DNA of 40,869 nt from Utricularia gibba (taxonomy: Eukaryota; Plantae; Magnoliophyta): assembly GCA_002189035.1 (NCBI GenBank), contig NEEC01000356.1, forward strand, positions 1 through 40,869. Direction: 5' to 3'. The translations under genes and the position numbers were made by a program. Positions 38,719 to 40,869 of the stretch are shown piece by piece; within the stretch, counting starts at the first letter, position 1; each line of letters opens with the position of its first letter. A model generated the notes under the pieces. That model searched no databases and had not been told where the DNA came from. It was given only the letters and a program-made list of their open reading frames with translations.

Positions 38719-40869
38719 CATCCGGTTGACCTCATGAGCAATACATAATCGGGGTCAAGGACCAAGTTCCCAGCGAGACTGGCCGCCACAAAACGAGAAG
38801 CTGTTCCTTGAAAAACCATGTAGGCAGCCCCCAAAAACTGAACGTTAATAAATACATCACTTTATTTTCCGAGCTACAACTAACTCTCGCGCAAGCCAAA
38901 CCTGACCTTTGTCCCGTTCTAGGTGCACCCCAAGACCGCCTCCTCAAGTATAAAGTAAGTTGTTGAAAAAATCATGTGGGGTGCACGTGATATCGTAATT
39001 TAAACAAAGGCATCATTTTTTTTTAATCAATTTGCATCCGGTTGACCTCATGAGCATACATAATCGGGGTCAAGGACCAAGTTCCCAGCGAGACTGGCCG
39101 CACAAAACGAGAAGCGTTCCTTGAAAAACCATGTAGGCAGCCCCCAAAACTGAACGTTAATAAATACATCACTTTATTTGCCGTGTTACAACTAACTCGG
39201 CGCAAGCCAAACCTGACCTTTGTCCCGTTCCAGGTGCACCCCAAGACCGCCTCCTCAAGTATAAAGCAAGTTGTTGAAAAAATCATGTGGGGTGCACGTG
39301 ATATCGTAATTTAAAGAAAGGCATCATTTTCTTTAATCGATTTCCATCCGGTTGACCTCATGAGCCATACAGAATCGGGGTCAAGGACCAAGTTCCCAGC
39401 GAGACTGGCCGCCACAAAACGAGAAGCTGTTCCTTGAAAAACCATGTAGGCAGCCCCAAAACTGAACGTTAATAAATACATCACTTTATTTGCCGAGTTA
39501 CAACTAACTCTCGGCGCAAGCCAAACCTGACCTTTGTCCCGTTCCAGGTGCACCCCAAGACCGCCTCCTCAAGTATAAAGCAAGTTGTTGAAAAAATCAT
39601 GTGGGGTGCACGTGATATCGTAATTTAAAAGGCATTTTTTTTAATCGATTTCCATCCGGTTGACCTCATGAGCATACAGAATCGGGGTCAGGACCAAGTT
39701 CCCAGCGAGACTGGCCGCCACAAAACGAGAAGCTGTTCTTGAAAAACCATGTAGGTAGCCCCCAAAAACTGAACGTTAATAAATACATCACTTTATTTGC
39801 CGAGCTACAACTAACTCTCGGCGCAAGCCAAACCTGACCTTTGTCCCGTTCCAGGTGCACCCCAAGACCGCCTCCACAAGTATAAAGCAAGTTGTTGAAA
39901 AAATCATGTGGGGGTGCACGTGATATCGTAATTTAAAGAAAGGCATCATTTTCTTTAATCGATTTCCATCCGGTTGACCTCATGAGCCATACAGAAATCG
40001 GGGTCAGGACCAAGTTCCAGCGAGACTGGCCGCCACAAAACGAGAAGCTGTTCCTTGAAAAACCATGTAGGTAGCCCCAAAAACTGAACGTTAATAAATA
40101 CACTTTATTTTCCGAGTTACAACTAACTCTGGCGCAAGCCAAACCTGACCTTTGTCCCGTTCCAGGTGCACCCCAAGACCGCCTCCACAAGTATAAGCAA
40201 GTTGTTGAAAAATCATGTGGGTGCACGTGATATCGTAATTTAAAGAAAGGCATCATTTTCTTTAATCGATTTCATCCGGTTGACCTCATGAGCCATACAA
40301 GATCGGGGGCACAGGAAGTTTCTTAGTGAGACTGGCCGCCACAAAACGAGAAGCTGTACCTTGAAAAACCATGTAGGTAGCCCCCAAAAACTGAACGTTA
40401 ATAAATACATCACTTTATTTTCCGAGCTACAACTAACTCTCGGCGCAAGCCAAACCTGACCTTTGTCCCGTTCCAGGTGCACCCCAAGACCGCCTCCTCA
40501 AGTATAAAGTAAGTTGTTGAAAAAATCATGTGGGGTGCACGTGATATCGTAATTTAAACAAAGGCATCATTTTCTTTAATCGATTTCCATCCGGTTGACC
40601 TCATGAGCCATACATAATCGGGGTCAAGGACCAAGTTCCCAGCGAGACTCGCCGCCAAAAAACGAGAAGCTGTTCCTTGAAAAACCATGTAGGCAGCCCC
40701 AAAACTGAACGTTATAAATAAATCACTTTATTTTCCGAGCTACAACTAACTCTCGGCGCAAGCCAAACCTGACCTTTGTCCGTTCTAGGTGCACCCCAAG
40801 ACCGCCTCCTCAAGTATAAAGCAAGTTGTTGAAAAAATCATGTGGGTGCACGTGATATCGTAATTTAAA

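Larger units (their letters stand above)
1..40869. repeat. Tandem satellite DNA array, 316-bp monomer, ~132 head-to-tail units, single orientation
   Basis: The anchor CATCCGGTTGACCTCA recurs about every 310-316 bp from position 1 to 40589 (e.g. 17146, 17462; 27474, 27790). ORF-track spacings such as 15910->16226 and 17159->17475 equal 316. I saw no inversion, and no unique sequence longer than ~80 bp. Confidence 0.99.
21216..40869. repeat. Right sub-array: heterogeneous subfamily with higher-order repeat organisation, ~63 units
   Basis: First aaatctcaacgc at ~21376 and first gccgtgtta at ~21675. After that, ttccagg, ggtagc, gtttcttg, ctctaggc, ctcacgag and ccataaaga variants recur in ordered succession. 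Confidence 0.85.

Noticed and set aside
40291-40330. Apparently novel variant gatcgggggcacaggaagtttcttagtgag
   Set aside because: It is a noisy rendering of the X haplotype (cttagtgag, gtaccttg and ggtagc follow), not a new type.
14-40482. Recurring minus-strand ORFs (MHLERDKGQVWLAPRVSCSS..., MGAAYMVFQG..., MRRRSW...)
   Set aside because: They are translations of the satellite's open frames. Many begin at the GTG in gtgcac, length and frame change with every indel, the monomer length is not a multiple of 3, and I recognise no protein domain.
1-40869. CRISPR array
   Set aside because: There are no unique spacers (the whole 316 bp repeats) and no cas genes.
1-40869. Assignment to a named satellite family or species; tandem MITE/SINE/LTR origin
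   Set aside because: I recognise no extended match to a known family and find no TIR+TSD, Pol III A/B boxes, poly(A) tail or PBS/PPT. A database search is required.

Overview
The whole 40,869-bp window is one uninterrupted head-to-tail tandem satellite array, in a single orientation. It holds about 132 units of a 316-bp monomer (about 45% GC by my count of the consensus), two of them internally truncated and the last partial. I find no gene, RNA gene, transposon or CRISPR array. All supplied ORFs are translations of the same repeat frames. Structure readable from the sequence: (1) the monomer is an ancient dimer of ~156-160-bp subunits, about 55% identical by hand alignment. (2) A sharp transition at ~21.2-21.6 kb separates a homogeneous left domain from a more diverse right domain. 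(3) The right domain has a recurring four-monomer order (P-Q-R-X, ~1.26 kb) with 3- to 7-mer variants. (4) Many right-domain alleles match the paralogous half of the monomer, suggesting the right domain is the older layer. (5) Variants are concentrated at CG and CHG cytosines, hinting at a plant-type methylated centromeric or heterochromatic satellite. The sequence looks like a noisy long read (homopolymer deletions, garbled patches), so single-copy variants are unreliable. I cannot name the species or satellite family, and I see no novel protein-coding system. Monomer positions used below refer to this consensus, with pos 1 at the C of CATCCGG: catccggttgacctcatgagccatacagaatcggggtcaaggaccaagttcccagcgagactggccgccacaaaacgagaagctgttccttgaaaaaccatgtaggcagcccccaaaaactgaacgttaataaatacatcactttattttccgagctacaactaactctcggcgcaagccaaacctgacctttgtcccgttctaggtgcaccccaagaccgcctcctcaagtataaagtaagttgttgaaaaaatcatgtggggtgcacgtgatatcgtaatttaaacaaaggcatcattttttttaatcgatttg
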